Of a stretch of DNA of 64,000 nucleotides, positions 48,185-58,650 are shown one piece after another. The stretch comes from Flavobacteriales bacterium (GTDB taxonomy: Bacteria > Bacteroidota > Bacteroidia > Flavobacteriales_C > GCA-002722245). Positions within the stretch are counted from its first letter, which is position 1; the number at the start of each line of letters is the position of its first letter. The stretch spans positions 28,022 through 92,021 of the forward strand of contig JBMTCG010000003.1 of the NCBI GenBank assembly GCA_049430665.1. The letters run 5' to 3'. A program made the position numbers and the translations under genes. Below the pieces are notes generated by a model that was not told where the DNA came from, did not search any database, and was given only the letters and a program-made list of their open reading frames with translations.

Positions 48185-50392
48185 CTAAGCGGTTGCTTCC
48201 ATTAAGCGCTCTACTTTATGCACACCATTAATTACTTTGAATTTTTCCATTAAGTTTTTCAAGTGATCTACGCTGGTTACGTAAAGCATAATTTTGCCTT
48301 CAAAGAATCCTTCCTCAGAAGTAAAAAATATCGATTTGATATTGATGTTTTCTTCCATAGAAATGATGGTCGTTATCTTATTTAGTAAACCAAAGTCATC
48401 TATACCAATGAATTGAATACCTGTCAAGAATGCTACATTTTGATTACCATGCCATTGCGCTTTAATGGTTCGAGAAGCGAAGTTCGAAAGCAAATGCATT
48501 GCGTTCGGGCAATTGGTTTTGTGAATTTTTATGCCTTCATCGGCGCTATTGAAACCAAATACTTCGTCGCCAGGAATAGGATTGCAACAAGGTGAAAGTG
48601 AATATTTGATGTTTTCATCGGCACCAATATTCAACATACCAATTTTGCCTGGTTTCGATGGTTCTTTTTCTTTTGCAGATTTTTTCTTTTTATTCTCTTC
48701 TTTCTGTTTGAAGAAATTTTCTAGTTCTTCGAATTTAATGGCATCAGTAGCTATTTTGTAATACAAGTCTGTAGCTACTTTTATCTGGAAGTGCATAATG
48801 AGTTGTCCCAGAACATTAGGATTCACCAAAATATCCAGCTTCTCCATCCATGTTTTGAAAATCTCTTTTCCTTCAATAGCAATCCTTTTTTGGTCTTCTT
48901 TTAAAGCCTCTTTAATACAGCTTTTGGCCTTAGCTGTAACTACAAAATTCAACCATTCTTCTTTTGGCGTTTGCTTTTTAGAGGTAAGAATCTCTATTTG
49001 CTCACCACTTTGTAATTCGTAGTTTAATGGAACTAATTTGTGATTCACTTTGGCGCCAATACATTGGTCACCAACACGTGAGTGGATTTCGTACGCAAAG
49101 TCGAGAGCGGTTGAACCTGCTGGTAAATTTTTGATGTCTCCTGCCGGAGTAAAGGCGTAAATCTCATCGGCGAAGAAGTTCATTTTAAAGTCGTCGATGA
49201 ACTCTAAGGCATTGTTGTCACCCGACTCCAGCATCTTCGTGATCTTAGAAATCCATACATCTAAATGGTTCTCTTGTTCCGCATTTAATGCTTTGTATTT
49301 CCAATGTGCAGCTAATCCTTTCTCTGCAATTTCATCCATTCGTTTGGTGCGAATTTGAACTTCTACCCATTTACCATCTTGGCCCATTACTGTAGTATGC
49401 AGTGATTCGTACCCATTTCCTTTTGGGGTGGAGATCCAGTCACGCAATCTATCAGGTCGAGGGGTGTATAAATCGGTAACGCTCGAATATACTTTCCAAC
49501 AATCGGTTTTTTCGTCTTCGGGTTTAGAATTTAAAATGATGCGAATGGCGAAAATGTCGTACACTTCATCAAAAGTCACCTCTTTTTTCTTCATCTTTTG
49601 AGCGATGGAAAAGATGCTTTTAGTTCTACCTTTAATATCGAAATCAAAACCTTTGTCGGTTAACGCATTAATAATAGGTAAGCTAAATTTATTGATGTAG
49701 CGCGTTCTTTTCTTTTGGGTAGAGGCAAGGTTTTCCTCTATATTCTTGTACAATTCAGGTTCGGTGTACCTTAAGCCTAAATCTTCAAGTTCGGTTTTAA
49801 TAGCATATAATCCCAAGCGATGGGCTAAAGGAGCGTAGATGTTTAATGTTTCGTAGGCAATTTTAAGTTGCTTGTGTCGCGGCATAAACTCCATCGTTCG
49901 CATGTTGTGCAAACGATCGGCTAGTTTGATGAGGATTACTCTTATGTCGTCGGAAAGCGTAAGTAATATTCGTTTAAAGTTTTCGGCCTGAATGGAGAAT
50001 TGATTTTCTCCTGTATCGGCCATTGATGATATTTTGGTGAGTCCGTCTACGATGTTGGTCACTTTCGGACCGAACATTGAATTAATATCATCTAAAGTGA
50101 TGTGAGTATCTTCAACCGTATCGTGCAGTAAGGCACAAATGATAGAAGTAGTACCCAAACCAATTTCATCGGCCGTAATTCTTGCTACTTCAATAGGGTG
50201 GTATATATAAGGTTCACCCGATTTTCGGCGCATATCTTTGTGCGCATCGATGGCAACTGTTAAAGCCTTTCTAATTAATTTTTTTTCTTGGTCGGTTCTT
50301 GCCTTTTTACCTGCTCTAAGCAGTCCGCGGTATCTTTTAAGAATCTCTTGTTTTTCTTTTTCTAAATCAATCACTACTGTAGGTTCGCTCAT
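48185..50392 (-). CDS. relA: bifunctional (p)ppGpp synthetase/hydrolase RelA/SpoT family
   Basis: HD-domain motif (ICALLHDTVEDT), synthetase domain, TGS and ACT regions. The track ORF begins at a GTG at 50470. The first ATG (MSEPTVVIDLEKEKQEILKRYRGLL, at 50392) matches typical N-termini and leaves room for a promoter (TAnnTTTG-like box at 50413-50420, minus strand). Confidence 0.8.
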   Translation of the reverse strand: MSEPTVVIDLEKEKQEILKRYRGLLRAGKKARTDQEKKLIRKALTVAIDAHKDMRRKSGEPYIYHPIEVARITADEIGLGTTSIICALLHDTVEDTHITLDDINSMFGPKVTNIVDGLTKISSMADTGENQFSIQAENFKRILLTLSDDIRVILIKLADRLHNMRTMEFMPRHKQLKIAYETLNIYAPLAHRLGLYAIKTELEDLGLRYTEPELYKNIEENLASTQKKRTRYINKFSLPIINALTDKGFDFDIKGRTKSIFSIAQKMKKKEVTFDEVYDIFAIRIILNSKPEDEKTDCWKVYSSVTDLYTPRPDRLRDWISTPKGNGYESLHTTVMGQDGKWVEVQIRTKRMDEIAEKGLAAHWKYKALNAEQENHLDVWISKITKMLESGDNNALEFIDDFKMNFFADEIYAFTPAGDIKNLPAGSTALDFAYEIHSRVGDQCIGAKVNHKLVPLNYELQSGEQIEILTSKKQTPKEEWLNFVVTAKAKSCIKEALKEDQKRIAIEGKEIFKTWMEKLDILVNPNVLGQLIMHFQIKVATDLYYKIATDAIKFEELENFFKQKEENKKKKSAKEKEPSKPGKIGMLNIGADENIKYSLSPCCNPIPGDEVFGFNSADEGIKIHKTNCPNAMHLLSNFASRTIKAQWHGNQNVAFLTGIQFIGIDDFGLLNKITTIISMEENINIKSIFFTSEEGFFEGKIMLYVTSVDHLKNLMEKFKVINGVHKVERLMEATA

Positions 50393-50480
50393 TGTTGCTA
50401 AAGTTTGAATGTCAAAAATAAGGCATTTGCCCGAGAATATTGTACTTTCAAAAGGATGGTATTGTTGCACAAAGACAAAT

Positions 50481-50520
50481 AAAAAAGCCCCCGTTCGTCA
50501 GCTGACGAACGGAGGCTTTT
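50481..50520 (-). terminator. rho-independent terminator for the chitinase gene (15-bp near-perfect stem around cagctg, U6 tail on minus strand)
   Basis: gcccccgttcgtcag / ctgacgaacggaggc hairpin. On the minus strand it is followed by tttttt (plus-strand aaaaaa at 50481-50486). Confidence 0.6.
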
Positions 50521-50533
50521 AAACTATTATTTA

Positions 50534-53146
50534 TTACTTAACTACAGAGAAAGTTTTGTTAACAGTTTCACCGTTAACAGAAACATTCAATAAGTAAGAA
50601 CCAGCTGCTAAAGAGCTAACGTCGATAGTAGAAAGGTTTTCGCCAGCGCTCAAATTTTGAACGTTGTTAAACATCACTCTACCAGCTAAATCGTAAACTG
50701 TAATTGTGCTAAGTCCAACTTTAACAGCAGAAACATTGATGTTTAAGTTGCTGTTAGATGGGTTAGGGAACAAGTTAACAGAAGTAACTGTTACCGGAGC
50801 AAGCTCATTAACGCTAACACCAGAGATTACATTGAAGTTTACAGATGAATTAGAGCTATTAGAAGAGTTGTCTGTAGCAATAACTTTTAATGTATATGTT
50901 CTAGATGGGTAGTAAGTAGTTGGAGTCCAAGTTGAAGAATAAGTTGAACCCGAATCACCAGGAGTAAGAGTAGCAATTTTATTAACACCATCCCAAATTT
51001 CAAAAGAAACCGAAGCAACAGAACCTTCATCGGTTACAGTAGCTTGTAAATCTATACTTACCGCGTAATCAAAGTTTTGATTGTTGGTAGGTTTTGTAAT
51101 AGTGATTGCTGGAGGTCCGCAAGTTACTACTGTTGCAGTAGCAGGCGTTCTTCCACAAGATGCATTAGCTCCAGTTTCAATTACAAATTTGTATAAACAA
51201 CCGTAGTGAACGTGTGCACCAACATCTGTTTTTTCTGCCGTAGAGAACACAGCACCCCCTGTAGCACCATTAAAGTCAGTGTATGAATTTTTCTCAATAT
51301 CAAAAACACCAGATTGAGCGAAGCCGGCACCTTTCATTGCAGAGAAGCCAATTGCACCAGAAGTTAATTCAACGTAGATGAAATAGTCACCAGGAGTTAA
51401 AGTAATATCAACAGGAACATCTTGAATATCATAGCCATCCCCTGTTGACGTTTTTGTGCCATAAGTGTATTGAGGAGATTGCGCAACAAATGAATTGTTA
51501 GATGAATTCGATACTTTAATTCTAAAAGTTGCACCAGAAGTATGAGATACATACACACGAGCAAATTTTATAGTTAAATCTTTAGTAACTGCAATTCTTT
51601 GCGCTCTATACTCAGCAGTGGTTTGTGTCCAGAATGATGCTCCAGTAACATCTGAGTATGTAGCGATAGGTGACGTATAAGTATTTACACCTGCAGCTTT
51701 TTCTTCAGCATAATACGTAGTATTAGTGTTGAATACTTGAGTCAATGTTGTTCCGGTTCCTACTTTAGTACCAGATACAGCTGCGTCGTACCAGTCATAA
51801 GTTTTTCCGCCCACAGGATTGGTAATCGATAAAGTTAAACTTGTTCCAGCACATCCATTAGCACCACTTGTACTAAAAGGAGCACCGGCAACAATAACGA
51901 TTTCATCTTCTTTTGTACAACCAGAACCTTGAGAGATAACAACTTTATATGTTCCAGCTGCACTAGCTGTGAATGTTGTTCCAGTTTGTCCACCTTGTAA
52001 TGCATTGTCTTTATACCAAGCGAAAGTTCTACCACTTGCTGTAGCAACACCTGGATCTAAAGTTACGGTGTTTGGAGCACAAATGCCTTTGTCCGGACCC
52101 ATATTAGGTTTTGGGATATTACAAAGAGTACTTAAGTAAGTATCTATACCAGCTAGTAAAGAGTATTGGTGGCTTGGCGCTAAATCCTGACCCAAATCCC
52201 AAATTAAGATACCAGCAGCGCCTTTGTTTACAACTAAATCAATTTTTGATTTAAGGGTGTTGATACCATTGTATCCATAAGAACCATTAACATCACTAGT
52301 GTAGATAGTGTTGCTTGGCGTCCAGTCTCTGTACATAGCTTCAGAGCTTCTGTTAGAAGTACCTCTAGCATAGAATGGAACACCTAAGTACATTTTGTTG
52401 TAAGGAACACCTAATGCATTCCAGTCAACCATAGAAGAGTTAGCATCATTATATGAAGCGTGGTTTGTTACATCGTAGTTGTTTCCAGAAGGAAAATCGT
52501 ACGCCATGATGTGCCATTCGTCTACAAGTCCGGCATTGGTATTGAAAAATGAAGGGTCAATGTATTTGGTGTGATTAACAGTGTTTTTTGTTTCACCACC
52601 TACAGCAACAGCCACTTTCAAGTTAGGGTTGCTTGATGCAGCGATTTTCTGATCTAATAGGATCATAAAATCTTTGTGAGCTGTAATTGCCGTTGGGTCT
52701 TTAGGAAACTCCCAGTCGATAGACAAACCATAACAACTAGTGCTAGAATTTGTAGCGAAATTTACCAAGGCAGTAGCTAAATTGTTTCTGAAAGTTGAGT
52801 TTTGACAAACTGAGCTTAAGCGCGCAGCTCTTTGTTCACCTGGATCTGCACCACCTAAAGACAACCAAAGGTTTGTTCCTTTGTTGTTTGCGGCATCACG
52901 AACTACGGTATACTTGTTCATATCGAAACCGTACAACGCATCACCTGGGTTATTGGTAATTAGAGTTCCATCAGTATTAGGGTTGATGAATGAGAAAATG
53001 ATGTCGGTTAACTTGTCGCATTGCGCCGACACATCAGTTGTTGATCGGTACGAAGGGAAGTACCCGATAACTTTTTTGTTCTGAGCAAACAAGCCAAAGG
53101 CTAGCAAGGCAAAACCAAAAGTCAAATAGTAATTGATTTTTTTCAT
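50534..53146 (-). CDS. glycoside hydrolase family 18 chitinase with T9SS type A C-terminal sorting domain
   Basis: 870 aa. Signal peptide. GH18 blocks NLWLSLGGAD, YGLSIDWEFP (catalytic DxE), HIMAYDF. Several Ig/FN3-like beta domains. C-terminal ~80 aa (LFPNPSNSNLNINVS...VNGETVNKTFSVVK) is a Por-secretion type A CTD. Confidence 0.8.
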   Translation of the reverse strand: MKKINYYLTFGFALLAFGLFAQNKKVIGYFPSYRSTTDVSAQCDKLTDIIFSFINPNTDGTLITNNPGDALYGFDMNKYTVVRDAANNKGTNLWLSLGGADPGEQRAARLSSVCQNSTFRNNLATALVNFATNSSTSCYGLSIDWEFPKDPTAITAHKDFMILLDQKIAASSNPNLKVAVAVGGETKNTVNHTKYIDPSFFNTNAGLVDEWHIMAYDFPSGNNYDVTNHASYNDANSSMVDWNALGVPYNKMYLGVPFYARGTSNRSSEAMYRDWTPSNTIYTSDVNGSYGYNGINTLKSKIDLVVNKGAAGILIWDLGQDLAPSHQYSLLAGIDTYLSTLCNIPKPNMGPDKGICAPNTVTLDPGVATASGRTFAWYKDNALQGGQTGTTFTASAAGTYKVVISQGSGCTKEDEIVIVAGAPFSTSGANGCAGTSLTLSITNPVGGKTYDWYDAAVSGTKVGTGTTLTQVFNTNTTYYAEEKAAGVNTYTSPIATYSDVTGASFWTQTTAEYRAQRIAVTKDLTIKFARVYVSHTSGATFRIKVSNSSNNSFVAQSPQYTYGTKTSTGDGYDIQDVPVDITLTPGDYFIYVELTSGAIGFSAMKGAGFAQSGVFDIEKNSYTDFNGATGGAVFSTAEKTDVGAHVHYGCLYKFVIETGANASCGRTPATATVVTCGPPAITITKPTNNQNFDYAVSIDLQATVTDEGSVASVSFEIWDGVNKIATLTPGDSGSTYSSTWTPTTYYPSRTYTLKVIATDNSSNSSNSSVNFNVISGVSVNELAPVTVTSVNLFPNPSNSNLNINVSAVKVGLSTITVYDLAGRVMFNNVQNLSAGENLSTIDVSSLAAGSYLLNVSVNGETVNKTFSVVK

Positions 53147-53303
53147 AGTTAAAAAATAATAGTTAATTAATAGTTCCCCCTCTTAAAGGGATTCCTAAGG
53201 TTAGAAAAAAAGTCTACTTCTCAAAATTTATTTTTTCACAAATTGTACGTTTTTTTAGCTTAAATTTAGCCTAAAGACAACTTTTAAATGGTAGTGAGAT
53301 AAT

Positions 53304-53687
53304 ATGAAAAACATTGATAGTAAAGGGAAGTTGGTAGCGTTAATTGCTCATGATAACATGAAACCATTGTTGGTTGCATGGGCAGAGCGACATGTACATA
53401 AGTTGAAAAACTATAAACTTGTAGCAACTGGAACCACGGGTAAAAGGGTAGAGGAAGCAACTGGTTTGAAGCTTAAGAAATATAAAAGTGGTCCGTTAGG
53501 AGGTGATCAGCAAATAGGTGCTTTAATTGCAGAGCAAAAATTGGATGCATTGATCTTCTTTTGGGATCCTTTAGAACCAATGCCTCACGACCCAGATGTA
53601 AAGGCTTTACTAAGGCTGTGCAGTGTATACAACATACCTGTGGCTTGTAACGAAGCTACGGCAGAGATGGTGATAAAGTGTTTATAG
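53304..53687 (+). CDS. mgsA: methylglyoxal synthase
   Basis: 127 aa. LIAHDNMK..., [24 protein letters not shown] are conserved MgsA blocks. Confidence 0.85.
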   Translation: MKNIDSKGKLVALIAHDNMKPLLVAWAERHVHKLKNYKLVATGTTGKRVEEATGLKLKKYKSGPLGGDQQIGALIAEQKLDALIFFWDPLEPMPHDPDVKALLRLCSVYNIPVACNEATAEMVIKCL

Positions 53688-53693
53688 GGAATT

Positions 53694-54572
53694 TTATTTC
53701 TTTCTATTTTTTTCGATACGTTTTAAGCTTTCTATGTTGAAGCCTAAAACAGGGATGCTGATTTTAGCCAGCGTGTTTTTTACCGTACTGGTTTTAAAAA
53801 ATCTATCTATAAAGGTGTTGGTGTGGGAAGTAATACAAAGTAAATCGGCACCGTGATTTTCAATATACTCTTTAATACCATCAGAAATGCTCACGCTAGG
53901 TTCAATTTCTGCTGAAATTTTTTCATAGTTGAAATGCAGCACTTTTCTTTGAAATTGCACTAAATCTTTAGCGTTAATGATATGTTTCCCATCATCTATA
54001 TGTAGCAAAGTTAAATGTGCTTCAAACATTTGGGCAAACCAAACTAGGTAATGCTCAATAGCTTTGTCTTTATTGCTTATCTCGGTAGAATATAGGATTT
54101 TCTCAATTTTAACATCGTTGTATTTGTGGGGAATAATAAGGACTGGACAAACACTGCTTCTCAATATTTTAAGAGCGTTTGAGCCGAATAGTCGGTCTTC
54201 AATAGAGTTAATTCCCTGAGAAGCCATCACCACTAAATCCACTTGTTCGTTTTCTATAAAATCGAAAACGATATCTTGAAAAGAGCCATCAACAATATGT
54301 TCGTGAAGCGAAGACTTAACGCGCATTCTCAAATCGGCAGAATATCGGCGCAGTAAGAAGGAAGCGGCATCTCTAAAGTCGGTGATTTCCCCATACATCA
54401 TCTTGTCGGGGTCTAGTTCATCCATTTTTCTTTGAATGTGCTCTTCGTATTTCGTTTTGTAGCAGTAAAGTAAATGTAGTTCGGCTCCAGTTTTATTGGC
54501 TAGGTAAACAGCGAAATCGGCTGCGTTTGCTGCTGCTCCAGATAAATCTGTTGTTAAGAGAATTTTTTTCAT
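53694..54572 (-). CDS. universal stress protein, tandem UspA domains
   Basis: 292 aa, two ~140-aa alpha/beta USP repeats (…DLVVMASQG… and …ADLLCITSH…). Confidence 0.7.
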   Translation of the reverse strand: MKKILLTTDLSGAAANAADFAVYLANKTGAELHLLYCYKTKYEEHIQRKMDELDPDKMMYGEITDFRDAASFLLRRYSADLRMRVKSSLHEHIVDGSFQDIVFDFIENEQVDLVVMASQGINSIEDRLFGSNALKILRSSVCPVLIIPHKYNDVKIEKILYSTEISNKDKAIEHYLVWFAQMFEAHLTLLHIDDGKHIINAKDLVQFQRKVLHFNYEKISAEIEPSVSISDGIKEYIENHGADLLCITSHTNTFIDRFFKTSTVKNTLAKISIPVLGFNIESLKRIEKNRKK

Positions 54573-54643
54573 TTCGCCTAGTATACCATTTTCTGCTGCA
54601 AAAATACACTAAAAGCATTTAGTAAAACAATAAAAAACGGAGA

Positions 54644-55726
54644 TTATTTAGGAGCGTTTTTGTAGATGAAAAAAGCAATGAAGGAGAAAAACATGTTGGG
54701 CAGCCAAACCGCAACTACCGGGGACAGACTACTGTTGGTGGCAAATACTTCACCAACTCTAGAAAGGAAAACGTAAACGAGTCCGAGACCAATGCCATAC
54801 ACCAAATGCATACCCAAGCCTCCTTTTATTTTTCTAGAGGAAATACATGCGCCAATTACTGTTAAAATCAATATAGAGAAGGGAATAGCAGTTCTTTTGT
54901 GCAATTCTAATCGAAATCTTTTCACCAAATTGGAACCTTTCTTTTCTTCTTCGTCGATAAATTGAGAAATCTCAAAATAATTCATGGTTTGAATACTGCT
55001 GGGCTTAGAGCTGAAATCTTCGGGAGAGAAGGGGAAGATGGTGTCTTTGCTATCGCCGCGAATTTCTTTTTCTTCCACACCATTGAGGGTTCTTTCTCGC
55101 CATGTCTTGGCAATCCATTTTGCCTTTAAAGTATCCCAAACAATTCTATCAGCAGAAAACATAGATTTCAGCTCTCCGTTTTCCATTTTTCTAATGCTAA
55201 AGTTATAGCCAGTATTGGTGTTTTTACCGTAGTTGCTAATGTACATGTCTATGCCTGGAGAAAGTATCCGATGAATGTTTGAGCCTACATCTATATTTTG
55301 ATCGTCTCTATAGTAGCGATTTTCGAACTCAAGTTTTGTTTTGTTGCTTATTGGAATTACAAAATGATTGGTGAACAGAGAAACGAGGAATAAAAAACCA
55401 CCTGCGATGAGGTAAGGACGCAAGAAACGTTGATAACTAATTCCTGAACTTAGAATAGCTACAATTTCGTTGGTGCTTGCCAGTTTAGAAGTAAAAAAGA
55501 TAACCGCTAAAAAGATAATGAGTGCACTAAGTATGCTGTATAGCCAAGGAATAAAGGTGCAATAGTAATCAAAAATGATGGCTTCAACTGGAGCGTTGTT
55601 TCCTAAGAAATCATCAATTTTTTCGCTTACGTCGAACACTATGGTAATCAAAATAAAAATACCGATAATGAAGAAAAAAGTCCCCAAAAATTTCTTGATG
55701 ATATATATGTCGAGTTTCTTAAGCAC
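54644..55726 (-). CDS. LptF/LptG-family (YjgP/YjgQ) LPS export permease
   Basis: 360 aa. 3 N-terminal TM, periplasmic beta-jellyroll region, 3 C-terminal TM. Conserved Bacteroidetes synteny directly downstream of tgt. Confidence 0.75.
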   Translation of the reverse strand: MLKKLDIYIIKKFLGTFFFIIGIFILITIVFDVSEKIDDFLGNNAPVEAIIFDYYCTFIPWLYSILSALIIFLAVIFFTSKLASTNEIVAILSSGISYQRFLRPYLIAGGFLFLVSLFTNHFVIPISNKTKLEFENRYYRDDQNIDVGSNIHRILSPGIDMYISNYGKNTNTGYNFSIRKMENGELKSMFSADRIVWDTLKAKWIAKTWRERTLNGVEEKEIRGDSKDTIFPFSPEDFSSKPSSIQTMNYFEISQFIDEEEKKGSNLVKRFRLELHKRTAIPFSILILTVIGACISSRKIKGGLGMHLVYGIGLGLVYVFLSRVGEVFATNSSLSPVVAVWLPNMFFSFIAFFIYKNAPK

Positions 55727-56856
55727 TACAATCTATTGGCTAGTTTTTTAACCATGGTGTTTTTCCATGATGCAAAAGTGTTGTTTAAAATTTGCTTGCG
55801 CGCTTCATTGGTCAGCCACACATAAAAAGCTAAGTTGTGAATACTGGCAATTTGTTTTCCTAAAATTTCGTCGCATACAAAAAGGTGACGCATATATGCT
55901 TTAGAATATTCTTTATCTACATAGCTTGTTCCGTTTGCGTCTAAAGGAGAAAAATCACTTTCCCATTTTTTGTTTTTGATGTTGATGATTCCTTCGCTAG
56001 TGAATAGCATTCCGTTTCTGGCGTTACGAGTTGGCATCACACAATCGAACATATCAATTCCTAAAGCGATGTTTTCTAAAATGTTTACAGGGGTACCAAC
56101 ACCCATTAAGTATCTAGGTTTTGTAACAGGTAAGATGTTGCAAACTAGTTCACTCATGGCATACATGTCTTCATGAGGTTCACCAACCGATAATCCGCCA
56201 ATGGCATTTCCTTCTGCTTCAAATTTGGCGATGACTTCAGCTGATTTCTGGCGCAAATCTTTGTAAACGCTTCCTTGAACGATAGGAAAGAGGGTTTGAT
56301 TGTAGCCATACAAAGGCTCTGTGCTGTTGAATCTATCGAAACATCTTTTTAACCAACGATGGGTGAGGTCTAAACTTTTTGCCGCGTAACTGTATTCGCA
56401 AGGGTAAGGAGTGCATTCATCAAAAGCCATAATGATGTCGGCGCCAATGATGCGCTGAATATCCATCACGTTTTCGGGAGTAAACATGTGGTATGAACCA
56501 TCAATATGCGATTGAAATTTAGCGCCTTCCTCTGTTAGTTTTCTTTTATCGGCCAATGAATACACTTGATAACCGCCACTATCGGTAAGCAAAGGTTTTT
56601 TCCACCCGTTGAATTTATGGAGTCCGCCTGCCGCACGAATCACATCCAATCCCGGTCTTAAATACAAATGATAGGTATTTCCTAAAATGATTTGAGCCTT
56701 TATATCTTCATCTAATTCACGCTGATGAACAGTTTTAACTGTAGCCGCTGTACCAACAGGCATGAAAATGGGGGTTTCTATAACGCCATGATCGGTTTCA
56801 ATTAAACCTGCGCGGGCTTTGCTGTTCGCGTCTTTATGTTGAAGAGTGAAATTCAT
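55726..56856 (-). CDS. tgt: queuine tRNA-ribosyltransferase
   Basis: 376 aa. TDSGGYQVYSL, catalytic Asp region and a C-terminal Zn-binding Cys/His cluster. Confidence 0.9.
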   Translation of the reverse strand: MNFTLQHKDANSKARAGLIETDHGVIETPIFMPVGTAATVKTVHQRELDEDIKAQIILGNTYHLYLRPGLDVIRAAGGLHKFNGWKKPLLTDSGGYQVYSLADKRKLTEEGAKFQSHIDGSYHMFTPENVMDIQRIIGADIIMAFDECTPYPCEYSYAAKSLDLTHRWLKRCFDRFNSTEPLYGYNQTLFPIVQGSVYKDLRQKSAEVIAKFEAEGNAIGGLSVGEPHEDMYAMSELVCNILPVTKPRYLMGVGTPVNILENIALGIDMFDCVMPTRNARNGMLFTSEGIINIKNKKWESDFSPLDANGTSYVDKEYSKAYMRHLFVCDEILGKQIASIHNLAFYVWLTNEARKQILNNTFASWKNTMVKKLANRL

Positions 56857-56938
56857 TGTGTGGCAAATATAAACAGAAAATGCACCTTTATTTTAAGAAA
56901 AGCGGAAAGTAAGCGCAAGATTTTTAATTTTACAGGGT

Positions 56939-58048
56939 ATGCCGGTTTTCTTAAGTCTTATATTCTACCTTTATTTAGCTTGTACTATTTCTATCATATT
57001 CTTCTTGCTGTATTTTGTAAGAAGAATTAACAAGTACAAAGAGTTGCCACTTGAAAAAAGTATGGTGCCTGTTTCTGTAATTGTTTGTGCGCATAATGAG
57101 GCCTTGAACCTAAAGAAAAATCTTCCCTTTATTTTAGAGCAAGATTATGCTTCTTATGAGGTGATAGTGGTAAACGATAGGTCGACAGATGCTTCGCGCG
57201 ATGTGGTTTTAAGTTTCATGAAACAATATTCGAATTTGAAGTTGATAGATATTAGTGAGCAGGAGAAAAGAGGTGTGGGGAAAAAATATCCTTTGAGCAG
57301 AGGGATTGCCGAAGCGAAAAACGAACATTTATTGCTTACTGATGCCGATTGCCGCCCGCAGAGTAAAGATTGGATGAATTACATGATGAGCGCATTTACC
57401 CCAGGAAAAGAAATTGTTTTGGGTTTTGGTAAATATGAAAAACGAGCAGGTTGGGTAAACAAGTTGGTGCAATACGATACCTTTTTTGTGGCCATTCAGT
57501 ATTTTTCTTTTGCTTTAGCGGGCTTGCCATACATGGGGGTTGGAAGAAACATTGCTTACAAAAAAAGTTTATTTGAAAGGCAAGGCGGTTTCGCATCGCA
57601 CGAAAGTATTGCTAGCGGAGATGATGATTTGTTTGTGATGCAAGCTGCAACCAAAGAGAATACAGCAATAATGATGCATACCGATTCGCATACTATCTCG
57701 GTTGGTAAAGAAAATTTTGAGCAATACTGGTTTCAAAAAACCCGCCACCTTTCAACGGGTAAATGGTACAAAGGAAAATTGCTTTTTCACCTTTCTGTAA
57801 TTAGTACTAGCTTCTTGGCTTTTCCTTTGCTGTTGTGGCTTAATTTGCTTTTAAACAATTTAGTGTTGGTAGTTTTGGCGGTTTGGTTGTTAAAACTTAT
57901 CTTACATTATTATACCTTTAAATCTGCATTACTAAAGCTTGCTTCAGGAGTAAATTTAATTTTATCGCTTATGTTTGGTAATATATTAATGATACTTAAC
58001 CAAGCGGTTGCTTATAGAAATTTGATAATTAAAAAAAACAAATGGTAG
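56939..58048 (+). CDS. glycosyltransferase family 2 (membrane-anchored)
   Basis: 369 aa. N-terminal TM, GT2 motifs SVIVCAHNE and VIVVNDRSTDAS, DAD (LLLTDADC), C-terminal TM helices. Confidence 0.75.
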   Translation: MPVFLSLIFYLYLACTISIIFFLLYFVRRINKYKELPLEKSMVPVSVIVCAHNEALNLKKNLPFILEQDYASYEVIVVNDRSTDASRDVVLSFMKQYSNLKLIDISEQEKRGVGKKYPLSRGIAEAKNEHLLLTDADCRPQSKDWMNYMMSAFTPGKEIVLGFGKYEKRAGWVNKLVQYDTFFVAIQYFSFALAGLPYMGVGRNIAYKKSLFERQGGFASHESIASGDDDLFVMQAATKENTAIMMHTDSHTISVGKENFEQYWFQKTRHLSTGKWYKGKLLFHLSVISTSFLAFPLLLWLNLLLNNLVLVVLAVWLLKLILHYYTFKSALLKLASGVNLILSLMFGNILMILNQAVAYRNLIIKKNKW

Positions 58049-58077
58049 TACCAGGACCGAATCTTTCTGACAAAGCG

Positions 58078-58650
58078 ATGCACGATTATCGTTTGGTGCA
58101 AGAAGCTATCAATAACAAATCTGAAAGAGCATATGCCGAACTAATGGATCGATACAGAGATTCCATTTATTTCATGCTTTTGAAAATGGTGAACAGTAAA
58201 GATGATGCCGATGATTTAACCATTGAGGCTTTTGGTAAAGCATTTAGAAAATTACATCAATACACTCCCAACTACGCATTTAGTACATGGTTGTTTAAAA
58301 TTGCTTCTAATAACTGTATCGATTTCATTAGAAAGAAAAAGAAAAACACTTTCTCTTTAAATCGTTCTGTTGATGAAGATGGCGGAGAAATGGAAATGGA
58401 TATTAAAGCCGATGTTTTAGATCCAGAAGAAAATTACATTAGAGATCAAAAAATCCAAATGATGCAAGATATGGTAAAAAAATTAAAACCACGTTACCGC
58501 ACTTTGGTTGAGTTGAGATATTTCAAAGAATTGTCTTACGAGGAGATTGCTGAGCAATTGGACTTGCCTTTAGGTACAGTTAAGGCACAGTTGTTTAGAG
58601 CTCGTGAGTTCTTGTTTCAAATCATGAAAAATACAGAAGGAAGTATTTAA
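58078..58650 (+). CDS. RNA polymerase sigma-70 family (ECF-type) sigma factor
   Basis: Region 2 (FSTWLFKIASNNCIDFIRKKK) and region 4 HTH (LSYEEIAEQLDLPLGTVKAQLFRAR). The track ORF starts at 58042; ATG at 58078 (MHDYRLVQEA...) fits typical ECF N-termini. Confidence 0.7.
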   Translation: MHDYRLVQEAINNKSERAYAELMDRYRDSIYFMLLKMVNSKDDADDLTIEAFGKAFRKLHQYTPNYAFSTWLFKIASNNCIDFIRKKKKNTFSLNRSVDEDGGEMEMDIKADVLDPEENYIRDQKIQMMQDMVKKLKPRYRTLVELRYFKELSYEEIAEQLDLPLGTVKAQLFRAREFLFQIMKNTEGSI

